This document shows positions 37,510 through 50,959 of a stretch of 64,000 bases of DNA, piece by piece. The translations under genes were made by a program, and so were the position numbers. Position 1 is the stretch's first letter, and each line of letters opens with the position of its first letter. Location of the stretch: positions 13,144,001-13,208,000 of the forward strand of contig NC_045138.2 in the NCBI RefSeq assembly GCF_008831285.2, written 5' to 3'. Below the pieces are notes generated by a model that saw nothing but the letters and a program-made list of their open reading frames with translations, ran no database searches and was not told where the DNA came from. Origin of the DNA: Nymphaea colorata (taxonomy: Eukaryota).

Positions 37510-37716
37510 TTGAAGCTCATGATCCTTGGTCCGTGAATCTGTTAGGAAAGTGATCATTCGGGATAATGTGTCTGCTATAACGTTGTCTTTCCCGTCGATG
37601 TGTTCAAAGGATACATCGATTCCTAGCCCCGTAATGTAATCTACGAAGGTTACCCATCTGACTCTGGAGGGTTTATTGATGTTGGACTTGTTGAAGAAGC
37701 TAATTATGGCTTGGCA
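37510..37716 (-). pseudogene. Inverted RNase H fragment from a second, diverged badnavirus-like variant
   Basis: Minus strand reads CQAIISFFNKSNINKPSRVRWVTFVDYITGLGIDVSFEHIDGKDNVIADTLSRMITFLT. Homologous but not identical to 34769-34945. Confidence 0.92.
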
Positions 37717-37892
37717 GGGTTTAGGGTTTAAGGTTTAGGGTTAGGGTTTAAGGTTTAGGGTTTAGGGTTATGGTTTAGGGTTTAGGGTTTAGGGTTTAGG
37801 GTTAGGGCTTAGGGTTTAGGGTTAGGGTTTAGGGTTTAGGGCTTAGGGTTTAGGGTTTAGGGTTTAGGGTTAGGGTTTAGGGTTTAGGGTTT
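37717..37892 (+). repeat. Interstitial plant telomeric repeat array (TTTAGGG)n, about 25 units
   Basis: Read directly; mostly TTTAGGG with TTAGGG, TTTAAGG, CTTAGGG and TTATGG variants. Confidence 0.97.
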
Positions 37893-40800
37893 GCAGGATC
37901 TGTCGGCCTGAGCTGTGTCTGTTTCTCCTTCAATCGATGCCACGAAAGTATTTCACTTAGAGAGAGAATGTTCTTGCGAACTTACTTGCTTTCTTTGTGG
38001 CTTTCTTGTGCTTTTCTTTTTTCGAATCAAAATATCGGGATTCTTATGAGGTGAGCAAAAGTAACCCGAAGAATGTGTAAAACCTTGAAAAATGTCCCCA
38101 AAGACAAAAAGAATTATCTTTCACAGGAAACTCTGGATCGTGTTAATATGAGAAGGGAAATCATGAATTGTAGAGAATCTGAAAGCGATGTGGACTTATT
38201 CTTGAGACCGTATCATGCTCGGAAGGATCAGGAAAGTTTCAAGATACCAATCTGTGCAATGTTTTTTGTGACTGGGAAATGAAAAATACCTTTTCCAGCG
38301 TCGGTCCTCATATAAAGGCCGTGGCGGCGAAGAGTGCTTCTGACTTCTTTGGTAGGGTTAAGGGAAATGTTCACTGGTTTGCAATGGGAGTACGCTTTTT
38401 ATTTGGAAGGATGGACCGCAGATGCTGATTTGAATGAGGCCTCGAGGTTGTGTTGCAACTGCCAACTAGGACTGCCCAACAAGTTGAATGACACGAGCTC
38501 GACTCGTATATTAAACCAAATTGAGTTGGAGCCTAAACGTGAACTTGTCCGGCGAAATCAGCTAGACAGGCTCTCCTTGTTCAAACTCGATTAAGCTCAA
38601 TTTTGTGCGTTTAGTGTTGACGATATCTTGGCCTTTGGATGTAATAATTTGGTAATCTATATTAAGAGGTTGGATTGCAATAACGTTCTGAATACTGTTA
38701 GAATTAACAGTCGTTCTCAACGTAATTTAAATGGCACATCTCTTGGGGCCATCGTATGTTGAAATTAAAACACACTTTCTCATGGTGTGTATTCGGGGTT
38801 TAACTTAGTATTCATGTGCTCGAAATTTTTTTTTTTCAAACAGTTCGTTCCAACTTCGCTTTTGCTTTCTGTTTTTCTCACGCAATTTTGTGCGAGATTC
38901 TCTCTGAAACTTTTTCCAGAAACACGTTGAAGCTTTAGTTATGTAGTAAAATTACGCTTTAGTTTGCATCTTCCTATTTATCTTGGAAAATTTGTCCCCG
39001 AAGTCAATACATGGGAAATCCAAGTATGGACTTTGAATTCATGATGCGCTGGAGATTGGAGCTCTGGTGAGCCTGCAAGGCACGTTCTCACCTTTAATTC
39101 ACTGTGTAATCTGCTGCATCACCCATTTCATATGAACCACATACTTGGGTACAATGGGCACAGGTCGATCACTTTACTTTACTCATATGCAGTGATTGCA
39201 CCATCTACGTGCCTTCCATTAGATGAGTGCAATGGGATTAACTACCTGTTCTGAACTCCACATGCCCCTGGATATGGATCTTGGATCTTTCCAATAAGTT
39301 GTACTTCCCAATGCAAAGTAGGACGGTTTGTGGATCTGATAAGCGACTTTCAGTTAGTACATATGGAATTGGCAAGACGAGAAGTTGACATGTGCATGAA
39401 CACCTTGGAAAAAATTTCTAGTTCTCCGGCTTTACCGATCTACTCTGCTCATCTGCGTTAACGATTACTTTCTCTTTCTGCGTATGAGAAACGTTACATA
39501 AAACACTATCCCTTTTATATATCCAAATCAACAAATCTATAATTTTGGGGAAAAAAAGGAAAGTCGATTTATGTCTTATCAGTCTGCGCTGCTCCAAATA
39601 CTCCGCACCTCGTATGCCTTTTGACTCTTGCAACTATTTGTGTCTTCAACATCACTATTACGTTTGAAGTACAGAAACCCTCATCCTCCTGTCCACCTTT
39701 ATACAAATCCTAAGTTAGGGGTTGATTCGCACTCTTAACTATGTGGTACGTACTTAAAATGCAGGTCTTTTATATCTCAAGTTCTTATTCTTTTTGCAAT
39801 GGATGTGATTATGTTCCAAAACCTAGCAAGAGGCACCGGAATCACCTTTTATAAAACGGAAAAATGTGAATCAATTGATTTCTAGATCTGCTATCGACGG
39901 AACTAAATTATGCTAACCTAGGATCCCTCACCAAGGCAAGCCTGCAGCAGCGAGGTGAGGATGGGTGATCCATCGTGGTGAATCTCTTTCTCAACCCATT
40001 GTTGTCCATTGGAAATTAATCAAACCTCCACTTCAATTAGGAATGTTATAAATGGATCAGATATCGGGGTCAAAATGGCTTCAGAAAAAAAAATTTAACG
40101 TCCAATTAGGGAATCGTTTTTGAGAAATTAGATTCTGGTCCATTCAATATTTAATTAAAATTCAATGTTTATTTAAAATCCGGTCAGATCTCCATTCAAA
40201 TTAGGATTAGGTTATAGCTTTAAATAAACATCTAATATCGACACGTTTTAGAAAGTTCGTTTTGATGTATGATAATGCAGTTCAGATTCTACTATGTATT
40301 ATTGGTTGTTAATTAAGAAGCTGGATTCTAATTGTCTCATACTTCATGGACATTTTAAGCATTAAGGTAAAGCGAGTGTGTTCGGCCTACGGAAGGATAG
40401 GAACCTCGGTTGACCAGAGGCCATACCCCCTACACTCAGTATGGATTCGCCTGTCATGACCTGGTTACATTTGTAAAAACCGGTGTTTGGCATTTGAACC
40501 AATTGCACGCATCCATGTCTCACTATACACAACTGCAAACGGGGTCGGCGATAAATCATTTTATACAGTTCAATTGCTCAACTGCCTGACCGCAGATTTC
40601 AGTATACCTTCAACATAAAAATAACACAGTCAAAGGGTTAAAAGATAATTATCTTTAACCTGGTACTACCAGCTAGTCGCCCCCAAGAGGAAATGCTGAT
40701 CCAAAGGGATAATGAAGACCAAAAAAAAAAATCTTGCAGCCTATAAACGCTATATAATTGTCATATAATTGTCTGTGAAAAGAGTAACATCAATTTGACC

Positions 40801-40945
40801 AAAAAAAAGAGTAACATCAAAATCAGGCAAGCTCTCACGGACTGCCGTTGTTATTGATGGCTTAGAACATACAAAATTTGTCGGAAAGGGCCTGAAACCC
40901 TAACCACTGGACGGTGGAACTAACAGGCAGAATAAAGCATGAAAC

Positions 40946-41523
40946 TCAATCTTCCAGCTCTATAATCTTCACCACAGATGCATCACCGACCTTTTGACAA
41001 ACGACAACGCGATCATGTGACTTGATGATACCTGATGCCTTCCCGTGATCCAACGCAACCTTAAGAACCGACTCATTGGTAGCATTGGTTGACTCCGCCT
41101 GTAGAAATTTTGTAAACTCATTGAATAGCACAAAAAGAAAAAAAGAAAAAAGCTTGAACTCAATCAATATCTGCATAGGTGTGTGGGACTGATCGCTGGA
41201 TGGAAACGAGAGAGAGAGAGAGAGAGAAAGGAACTTACTGGATGACGCGGATCAGCCAACATAGGGAAAAGACCTCTTACTATCAGAGATTGCCTAGCCT
41301 GCTCACGCCATGGAGAAACAGGGGTTACTTCATAAGATTATTTCCGCATGAATGAAATAAGCCACAGAAGAGCTTGGAAACCAAAAGAAACAAAGATCAT
41401 TTCAAGAAAATAAATGAGCATCAATATATGGCTGGAGAGAGACAGACAAATTAACATTGGAAAAAACATAGCCAATGATAACCATGCAACATAAAACAAA
41501 TTTGTTTCCATATATGTTTCCAT

Positions 41524-41581
<58 letters not shown>

Positions 41582-44500
41582 TTGCAATATTCACTTTCAA
41601 GAAAGACTCAATAATAGTTAATACCTCGCCAAAAAAACGGTTCCTTTTGCCAAAAAAACGGTTCCTTTTGCCAAAAAAACGGTTCCTTTTGAACAAAGTA
41701 ACGTTCGTTAGATGGACTTCAAAACCTAAATCAGCGTCTTTTAAAGGTGAAAAATAACAGTTGAAGCTGCCAGAAGAAGCGCCAGAAAAGACTTCAAGAT
41801 TGCTCATGCAGATAGGTCGTAGACGTTACTAGCTTAAGATATACAGACCACTTGTTCCCGATGACAAGGAGACAACATGTCATTTGGACAAGTTGAATAT
41901 ATACTGCAGCCAGGTCCTCCACTAAGTAAAAGCTCTGTACTTTTTTCCCAAGGAGCTAACAAGGAGAGATGGAGTCCATTTTCCCTGCGTGTGTGTGTGG
42001 GGGGCAGGATGTAGCAACTGCATCTACAGGGCAAATTAAATTCTCATGGATAATAAAAGTTCGTAGAGCAGATTGAATAATTCTCACACGATTCTCACCT
42101 CTCACAGGAAATTTCTCAAGGAACTGGTGCTGAAATAAGATTCACCAGGTAATAAAGCAAACTTCACTTGCATCACCATTCAAACTTTGCAAGGAAAATT
42201 AGTCGATCCTAGCCTAGTGGTGACATGAAACACCATATCCACAAGGTTTAGGGATAGAGTCGAAGTTTTCAGGACGGCTTTTCAGTATTCTTTTGGTCCG
42301 GAAATTTGTATTCTTCCACTTTGTTCATTTAATTTTAACCTCCAATAATGAGTTAAAGATAGCATATTATTGAGTCAGTATTACTTTGGTCCGGAAATTT
42401 GCATTCTTCCACTTTGTTCATTTAATAAATGTAGTATATTATTAAGTTAAAGTTGGTAATTACATATAAAAGTGGCCCTTCTAAGAAACAATCAAGACAA
42501 TGACTAAAGCAATACTGACATACCTCAAAAGCACCAGTAAAGCTCCACCGCAGCTGGTTTGTTTTGAGACGTGGTATGACCACAGACAGTACAGGCATAG
42601 TTGGTCTGTACTTCGCAATCAATCTGCACCGAAATGAAAGTATTAAAGACCTTGGATAAGGACAAACATGAGACACATAATACTAACTAAACAAACCTGA
42701 TTGAAGGACCAAAAAATGCTCAGAATGCTAAACAAGATTCTAAAAGGTTGTACAATTACCTTGCAGCTCTTCCAGATGATGTAAAGCAAATAATGACAGA
42801 AGCCTTGACCTTGATGGCTGCACGCACCTGGAAGAAATTTTGAAAAGTTCACACTTAAATCCTACGGAATTTGGGAAATTCTAAAAATATATCCTTACAT
42901 CAGAATTAGTACACTGATAAAAAGGATACAGTACGACAGAAAAGAGATAAAAATAAAAGAGAACGGCAGAAACATTAAGCATACAGCCGAAGAAGCAATG
43001 GACTCTAAGTGTGACATTGGTTCTCCAACGTATTTTACAGTCTTCTTGAAATAGAGGTCTTGATTGAAAACTTTTTCTGCCTGCAAGTAGAGAAAACCTC
43101 TATAAGAACTTTGCTGACATGAGAAGACTAAAAATTCCATGCCGCATGCAATCATGAACGCTCTGGGCAGAGTTGTGTCTGCAAACAAAAAAAAATTTAC
43201 CTCAGCACAAATTTTGCCAACTATAGAAATGGTTTCAACAGGATACAACCCACGGAGAGTTTCGGCACCCAAAAGAATTGCATCGGCACCTGTACTTAAC
43301 AAATATGTAAGTCAAACATAAGCTACATATAGACAATCATCTACTGTTGAAACCAAAGCCCCATTACAAGGCAGCATTCAGGTTTCCAAGAAAATCAGAA
43401 AATCTTGAGAAAAAACCACTACCATCTAATATCGCATTGGCCACGTCAGTTGCCTCAGCACGTGTTGGTCTAAGGTTGTTTGTCATACTATCTACAACAC
43501 GTGTAACTACAGCGGGCTTTCCAGCCATGTTACACTTGTAAACAGCAGCCTTCTGAAATAAAAACACCTGTACAATAGGCAACAAACTAGACTTGAGAAA
43601 GATTAAATTTAAAATTCTGCTAAAGATTCTGGTTCGCTAATCAATCATATCCACTTAAAAAATTTAACAGAAATGAGAAAAGAATATTCACTATTCAGAG
43701 ACACCTTGACGCTAGGAGACAAGAGATGAATTAGCTAATTGTGAAAAACTAGATCCACCAGGAATGCCTTAGTATATGAAGGCAGCAAAATAGTGACAAA
43801 AGTAGAAATATTACCTAAAAGGGACAGCAGATCCGGAACTCTAAAATAATAAGGTTAAATAAAAGACAACATTAAGAATATGGAAATTTATTTAATTACC
43901 AAGAATGAAAGCATCTAATTAGGATTTCAAAACAAAGAAACTCACCTTCTCAGGTGGAAGATCTAAACCAAGACTACCCCGAGAAACAATGACACCATCA
44001 GCTTCTCGTAAAATCTCATCAAAATGGGTTAAACCCTGGAAAATCACAATGAAATATCAATTACAGAGCTTATGTTTTAAAGCAGCCAAAAATAATCAAC
44101 TAAATCACAAGAAAACACACAAAGACCCTAAAGAAGGACAAAAGAAATTATTGATAATGCTAAAAATCTCACAGAAAGGGTCACCTCTATATTCTCAATC
44201 TTTGCAAAAATCTGGGTCTGACGAAGATCACCCAGCTTAGAAAGGAAATCACGAGCCTATGCCATTAGCATGAAATGGTCAGCAGAGAGTTCATGCTTCA
44301 GCATAAACACAGCATCTCAAAATACAGAATCTCCATGGAAATACAAGCATCGGAGAAGCAGAAAAATGTTCTTACATGACGGATATCTTCTGCGTGACGT
44401 GTATAAGATAGTGAAAGAAAGTCAATATTGTTCCGAACACCCCATGTGCTTATGACCTGAAACATCCCATTCAAACGACATAATCAAGAATGTTTGCAGC

Positions 44501-45858
44501 TAACTTGATTTAAAATCAATATTAAATTCTATGAACACCCAAGAGATTAACCAGACCAAGTTCCGAAACAGTCATCAGCATTACAGAAAACTACACCTGA
44601 AAATTTTCCTTTTTCTAGGGAATTCCCCTCACTGCTATATGCAAAGTGAAGTTCTTTCCATTTGTCCTCTTACGTGTGAGACACAAACCTAAGATGCAAA
44701 TTAATAAGGTAAACAGAAACTTCCGTACAAAGTGTACAGAAAGGTTTGTGTGATGGGGAACGGTTAGGTCAAAAAGGACTTGAACCCCAAACGTCTCCTT
44801 GAACTAACAAGATTTTGCATCTCCTTCAAGTGTTGGCTTTGTTTTACCAGCACAGGATGCAAATTTCTGAACGGAAATTTGAAGATTGTTAGACCACCTG
44901 AACGGGTAGTCCAGAGGTTTCGGTAATTCAAGCAGTATCTTCAAGTCATTATTTTCTTCAAGCATTACATTCCTTCCTATCAATCATAGCGCAAGCATGG
45001 CTTTTGATTATACAGATTACTAAAATTGATGGTATTGTTCCTTATTTGTGGGAGGCTTCTGAATCTAGAAACCCACTGAACCGTTATAGCTACCATCATG
45101 CAAGCTAGTTTTTTCACTAATATAGGGTACTCAGCTTTATAATTTGCACTTATTATGATGCTTAGTATAAAGTCTCACTCTTTTATCACCTGATACTCCA
45201 AAAGTCAATCTCCAAGCTGATTTTCTATTAAATTGCTTAAGTTCAGCCGCTTCAGAATCAAAAGGCCAGAGCATAAATGTGATGGCAGAGGGAGAAACCA
45301 AAAGCAAGAAAAGACAATAACGAGCAACGTACTTCCTTATCTGCATCAGTCAGAGTTGGTAAGTCAACACGAATGTGAGCAAGATGGAGTGTAAACAGTG
45401 AACCGTTCAGTGTAGCATCGTTCCTGATCACACACACTACATCATCCCCTTCCAAATCGGACACCTGAAGTTAAATAATTTGAGGCAAAAGGGATCAAAT
45501 ACAAGATTTACACACAGAGACAGCGATGTTCAACACCAATGACAAGCCTACCTCAAGTGAAACAGTAGTGGCTTCGCTTCCTGTGAAAAGGTACTGGCTG
45601 ATGGCAATGACATCACCTTTTTTAACACTCTGCAACATGGAGAGATAAAATCAGGCTACCCCACAGAAGACGAAGACAAATAAAAATAAGGCTATTACAC
45701 AAGGTGATTCAGTCAGGCACTACATAGGAGGTTAGCCGCTAAGTCACAGGGGTATTCCAGTTTTTAGAGTTATTGTCCATTAACATATAATGCTTTTGTT
45801 TACATCACTTGCTTACTTAAATGTTGCTTTCATTTTGATTTTTTGTATTATCTTGCAC

Positions 45859-45920
<62 letters not shown>

Positions 45921-47804
45921 GGATTATATGCTACATTTTCTAAAGTTACTGTGCCCAACCCATGTGACTTAGGTTAGCTGCTTTCAGCAGCACCCCCAGA
46001 GGCCCTGACAACTTCCAAAAACAAAGATGCAAGAACAAGCAAGCAGAAGGACGATTGTTCCATATGTCGTCTTTGACGGGCATGGAGACCTTGTAAATTT
46101 TTTAACATGGTAGGAACGGGCAAAGTAATAAATATAAGAGTGACAGACAACAGGAATAATAGGATGGAGTTCTACAATCTTAAGGAGGATCTGAACGAAA
46201 CCCTAAAAAAGTCCTTTTTGTACAAGTGAGGTTTTGTTAAAACTTGATTTATTAATGATCTGTTTGAAATTTGGTTTGTGTGCTTGCACGACACGCCTGA
46301 AAAGGTGATTTTAGTGAGAAACCAAGGAAGAGAGAGAGGGAGGGGGGGGGGGGCATGATTAGGTTATTTACTCCCTTTTGTAAACATTGTTTTGTCAAAA
46401 CTAATTTTTACAAACCCAATTTTGACTGTCATTCAAGCACGCCTAACACTGTGTTTAGACTCCAAAACGCCATTTGAAGGTGCCATCCAAATGTGCCTTG
46501 AAACATTTAAATAAAGAGTAAATAAGATCAACAAAGGTGCAAGCACGGATGAACTGGAGAACAGGAGGCTGCAGTAATAGAACATAAAAGAGGATCAAGA
46601 GATGCACGAGATTTTCAATTTCAGTTCCCTAATTCATGCAAAGCTGAACCGAGAGTAAAGCTAAAACGTTGGAAGGAAAAGGAACATGACAGACCTTGGC
46701 AAGGCCGTTAAAATTTATAGGCAACAGTTCTGAGGATGCATCTTTGTCCTGGTTTGGCGTTAAAATAACTGAGGCATCCGCTTTCAGCACAATCTCCTTC
46801 TCACTTTTGTTGACCACTTGCAGTTCCGGACCTTCAGTGTCCAACATAACCTGTGAATTAGGAGGAACGGAAAAAGGACAAAAGAAAGAGTTCAGAATCG
46901 CTAAAGCCAGAAGAAAAAAGATCCATAAAGAGAAGCGGATGCAGAAGGCCTAGGCCATGCTGGTGGTGTGAAAATCCCTCTCTCGTCGTTCTTCTTGAGT
47001 GTTCAGTTCATATTCGTCGATTTTTACCCCTTTGTATGAGGCGAAAGCACCCAATGGCAGCATATCATACTCGTGGAAACTAAACAGTTGGCGCTCTTAG
47101 CTAAGCCGGAAATTGGGCCACAGGAAGGAAATGGAGACAGAGGGCAAGGAAAGATGATGACGCCTTCGCGGGAAAATAAAAAACAACAATAGTAAAAGCA
47201 ACTACAACAACGACGACGACGATGGCTACGACGTCGACAGTCAAAGTGCAGCTATTAAGGTAGCCTGCCGTCCATTAGCATTTACCGGAAAAAACTAATC
47301 TCCAAGTAATAAACACAGAGTCGCGCCTGAGTGCATGCACACAGCGCGTCTGAAGAAATATCATTTCCCATTTCTATTTTGCAGCCGAATAGATATCCGG
47401 CAGAAAACGAGAAGACAGACGCAAGACGTGGCGAGTTACCGCGCAAAGTTTTGTGGTGGCTTTGACTGCTTTCTTCAAGTTCTCCAGAGTCTCTTGGTGG
47501 TAATCGGCGTCGCCCCATGAGAAGTCGAAACGCGCAACTGCAAACAATAGACGACGCGAAACGTTGAAAAAGGAACTAGAATTTCTTCGAGCTAGAAAAT
47601 GTCTTCTCATATTTTGTTCTTGTCAAACCTCTGAACAAAGTATGACAAAAAATGAATGTAACATAATAATAACTAATCAACCACATGATACCAGTCGTGG
47701 TAGGAATTGCTCCACTAGATTCTGATGACAAGAACAGCAAACGCAATCGCAGCGAAACAGAAGAAAGCCCGTCGTCCAACAGGGCGTCCGCACCACCGCC
47801 AGTG

Positions 47805-47836
<32 letters not shown>

Positions 47837-48369
47837 TCACGTACCGGACATGCCAGCCTTGAGGCAGCCTGAGATCACTTCGACTGTCCGGGATTTGGGT
47901 CCAAGCGTCCCAACGATCTTCGTCATCGCAGGAAAGAAAGTCTGCGCGCAAAACACACGAACGGAGCAGCCACTTTACATCCCAAAGAGGAGAAGGGGAG
48001 GAGAGGGGAAAAGAGAAGAACGAACAAAAAACAGCCTCAATGTAGAGGAGGCTTCACAATCTTCACCCCTTAATCGGTTTAACCTCTCAAACATGGAATA
48101 AAAGTTTAAAGGAAACAGGACTCGGGAGGTATTTTCTGCAACAACTGATGAAAGGGGAATTCACTAATCGATATCTGAAAAGAGTCGTAAATAGTGACAT
48201 GGCTCCCTCGAGCTACAATTTGTGAAAGAAAGAAGAAACAAACAAAACAAAGTGAAAAGCATGCAAAAATGGAGGAAGGCTCGAGGGAAAGGAACTATAC
48301 CGGTCTAGAAGGCTCCAGGATGGAAGCCATCCTGATGGGTTCTTCGAGCAACAGATGTGTAGCCTGCAT
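40946..48369 (-). CDS. PK: Cytosolic pyruvate kinase, 16 exons, 527 aa, intact
   Basis: Exons 48369-48301, 47941-47845, 47537-47440, 46850-46695, 45629-45552, 45464-45333, 44456-44376, 44256-44185, 44035-43946, 43567-43423, 43289-43201, 43080-42985, 42827-42760, 42623-42524, 41298-41239, 41098-40946. All GT-AG, total 1584 nt. [58 protein letters not shown]. Confidence 0.96.
41628..41690. repeat. 21-bp tandem repeat x3 in a pyruvate kinase intron
   Basis: GCCAAAAAAACGGTTCCTTTT repeated. Confidence 0.9.
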
Positions 48370-50959
48370 CTTTCTCCCCACTGATTTTCCTCTTCCTCCT
48401 CCTTCACTGCTGGTTGCCCGAGCAGATGGTGTTAACAAACAGCGGTAGAAGAGACGAGTCCCAAAAGGAGATCGGGGACTAGACGGCGACGGAGACGGAG
48501 ACGAGGGAAGGCGGAGAAAATTGCACCCCTTGGTGGATTATTAAACAAGAAATCAATGAGCAATAATGACGCGAAAAGGGCCGCGCTTGGAAACGAAGTG
48601 GAGAGGCAGTCGTCTTTTAATATTTTCACCCCCTTCGCGTTTCTGTTGGAGCTGTGTGCTCGGGAAAGCTTCAGGAGGGGTAGTAGCGACAACCAAATGA
48701 ATATATATGGATGAAACTTGAAGAGCGACGTCAAACGTCAAGCTCCCATGGTTTTTCAAACTTTTCACTTGGTTGCTAGATCGGGAGGAAATAGAGGAGG
48801 AGTAGCTACTTTAATAAAAACCAGTTTTTGTCGAGAGAGCGGCGCATAAGCAGCCAGCCAACGCGGCTGATTTGACTTGGAAGGGCGTGCCATTCCCTCC
48901 CTCTGTTTCTGACCGACAATCTCTCCCGACCATTTTTTGCGTTTCTTTTGCACATTTTACAGTAAGCCCGGTAGAGAGAGGAGGGGAGGGCAGGATTAGG
49001 AAGGTAGAGAAGAGGCCTTTGAGTTAGAAACTTGAAAGGCAGGTGACAGCGTGGTCCTTTTACCTACCCTCACTGGCTGACGGTGCCCAACGTTTTAGAC
49101 CGTCCGGTTTTGCTTGTTTCGAGGGGAAGAAAGGCGAAGCCATTCATTGCATTCCTCCTCTGCCACACCGCCCAAGCTTTTTTTCTCTTTCGACGGTTTC
49201 GGTGGAGCCCCTACTCTTAGCTCATGGTTTTGCTTGTGCTCTGCTCTGTTTCCTTTTGGCGCTGCATACGTTGGCCAAGGTAGACGTGGTAGACACTGTT
49301 GAGAAAGAGATGCTTTTTTCCGAATATCCATTGTAGGCTTCCATATTCCCTCTTATGTTCTATGCATTTTAGCTTCGGACAAGTAAAAATAAAACCGGTG
49401 GCGCTCCTCTTTGGTTCTTTACTCTGTGAGCCCGCCCGCCCACCACCATCTCATTTTTCCCACCCTCTTCCTCTTTCCTCCTTCCTACCAGAGCCCCACC
49501 AGCCAGCCGCCCTTTTTTCTACTCTGCCACAAAAAAAGCCTGTCCGCCACCATGTTCTGGAGCCTAAACAAACTTCGAGGTGCAAGTCTTCACCTCATTC
49601 GTCGCCAAAATCGTATCCAACCAAGACCGGTCAGGCAGAAGGAACGCACTTCACCCGATTTAATTACCTGAGACATTTTTAAGTCGAAATTTATCTCAAT
49701 TGCTTTCTTGCTAAACATGTTCATCACATGTTGACTCTTTCATGCCTTAACTCAAATATTTCGACACACCGATTATCTCAATCATTCTTCAAAAACATTT
49801 TATTCATTAAAAAATAAGACGACTAATATTACATAGAGTGCACCCGCTCCCCCTTTTCTTTTTTTTGGTTGTTCTACCACGATCTACTTATTATAACATT
49901 TATATGATGCTTTCAGATTTCTATAGTCTTTTATTCTCTCCCTTAACATCCCTTTGATTAAGAGGAGAAGATGGGAAAAGGAATACGAAAATTGTTCAAT
50001 AAAAAAATGCCAAATTTCCCTCCTTCGTTCTTCCCCGTATGGTGTTTTCCGTGCCATGGCAAGTTGCAAAATATAGAGCTAACCGAAAATCAGTTTGTGA
50101 ACCAAAATGGCAGGACCGGCGATTTAATCGGTTGTGATGTGTGAATGGAACGGAAAAATATTAAATACGAAAAAATATAAATCATATTTTAAAAATTAAC
50201 TAAAATGCTCGACGTACTACCCAGCAACATCGTATAGCTTTGATAACACTGGAGCCCAGCCATCTCAAAGGGCACCTTTTCATCGAGAAGTTTGGATTAG
50301 ATTTTTTAAATTTCTGCTAGATAACTTAAATCCATTTTTATTCAATTATTTATAGCTATTTTTGAGGGGGAATAAACAACTGTATACGAGTATATTTAGA
50401 TGCAAGTAGGAGCAAATGCATTCGAGATCCGTCCAAAGTTAGTGCAATCAAACGCCATCGTCCAATGGAAGCAGACAGGACAGCACGATGTTCTTAGGAG
50501 CGTGTTTTGGGCGGAGTATTCTGAGCTACATGAATGCCCGTGAGTAAGAGTAATAGGCGCCTCCTTGGGGCGTGGCAAAATTTCCGCGCTCAGAAAGATA
50601 TTCTTCTTCTTTTTCAAATTTTTTATATTTGCACAGCAACAAGTGTTGGTCGGTACTCTTCTCGGTTCACACCGCCAACGGTCATCGGTCCTGTCGCTCC
50701 ATTTACAGTTTTCCTCCGACTGGTCCTCCACCCATCTGCCTCATTTCCTCCTCTTTTCTTAATTTTTTACTCTTCTTCTTTAGGTGCTGTTGGCAGGAAG
50801 GACTGGTATTCTCAGCAGAGGAGGTGTGACAGCACTCGTTATAGACCACAATCCGGCTGTCATTCTTATCGACGAGGCAGGCTCTACAGAAGCAGAAGCA
50901 AGCGGGCAGGACCAGCCAGGACCTTCTCTACGCGGTGGCCTCAGACAAGCTCTGTGGTA

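Larger units (their letters stand above)
33450..37716 (+). mobile_element. Endogenous badnavirus-like caulimovirid (partial, rearranged)
   Basis: Permuted circular-genome order: ORF3 3' end (RT-RNase H), extra ORFs, intergenic promoter, Met PBS, ORF1 remnant, ORF2, ORF3 5' end. No LTRs and no integrase. Confidence 0.95.
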
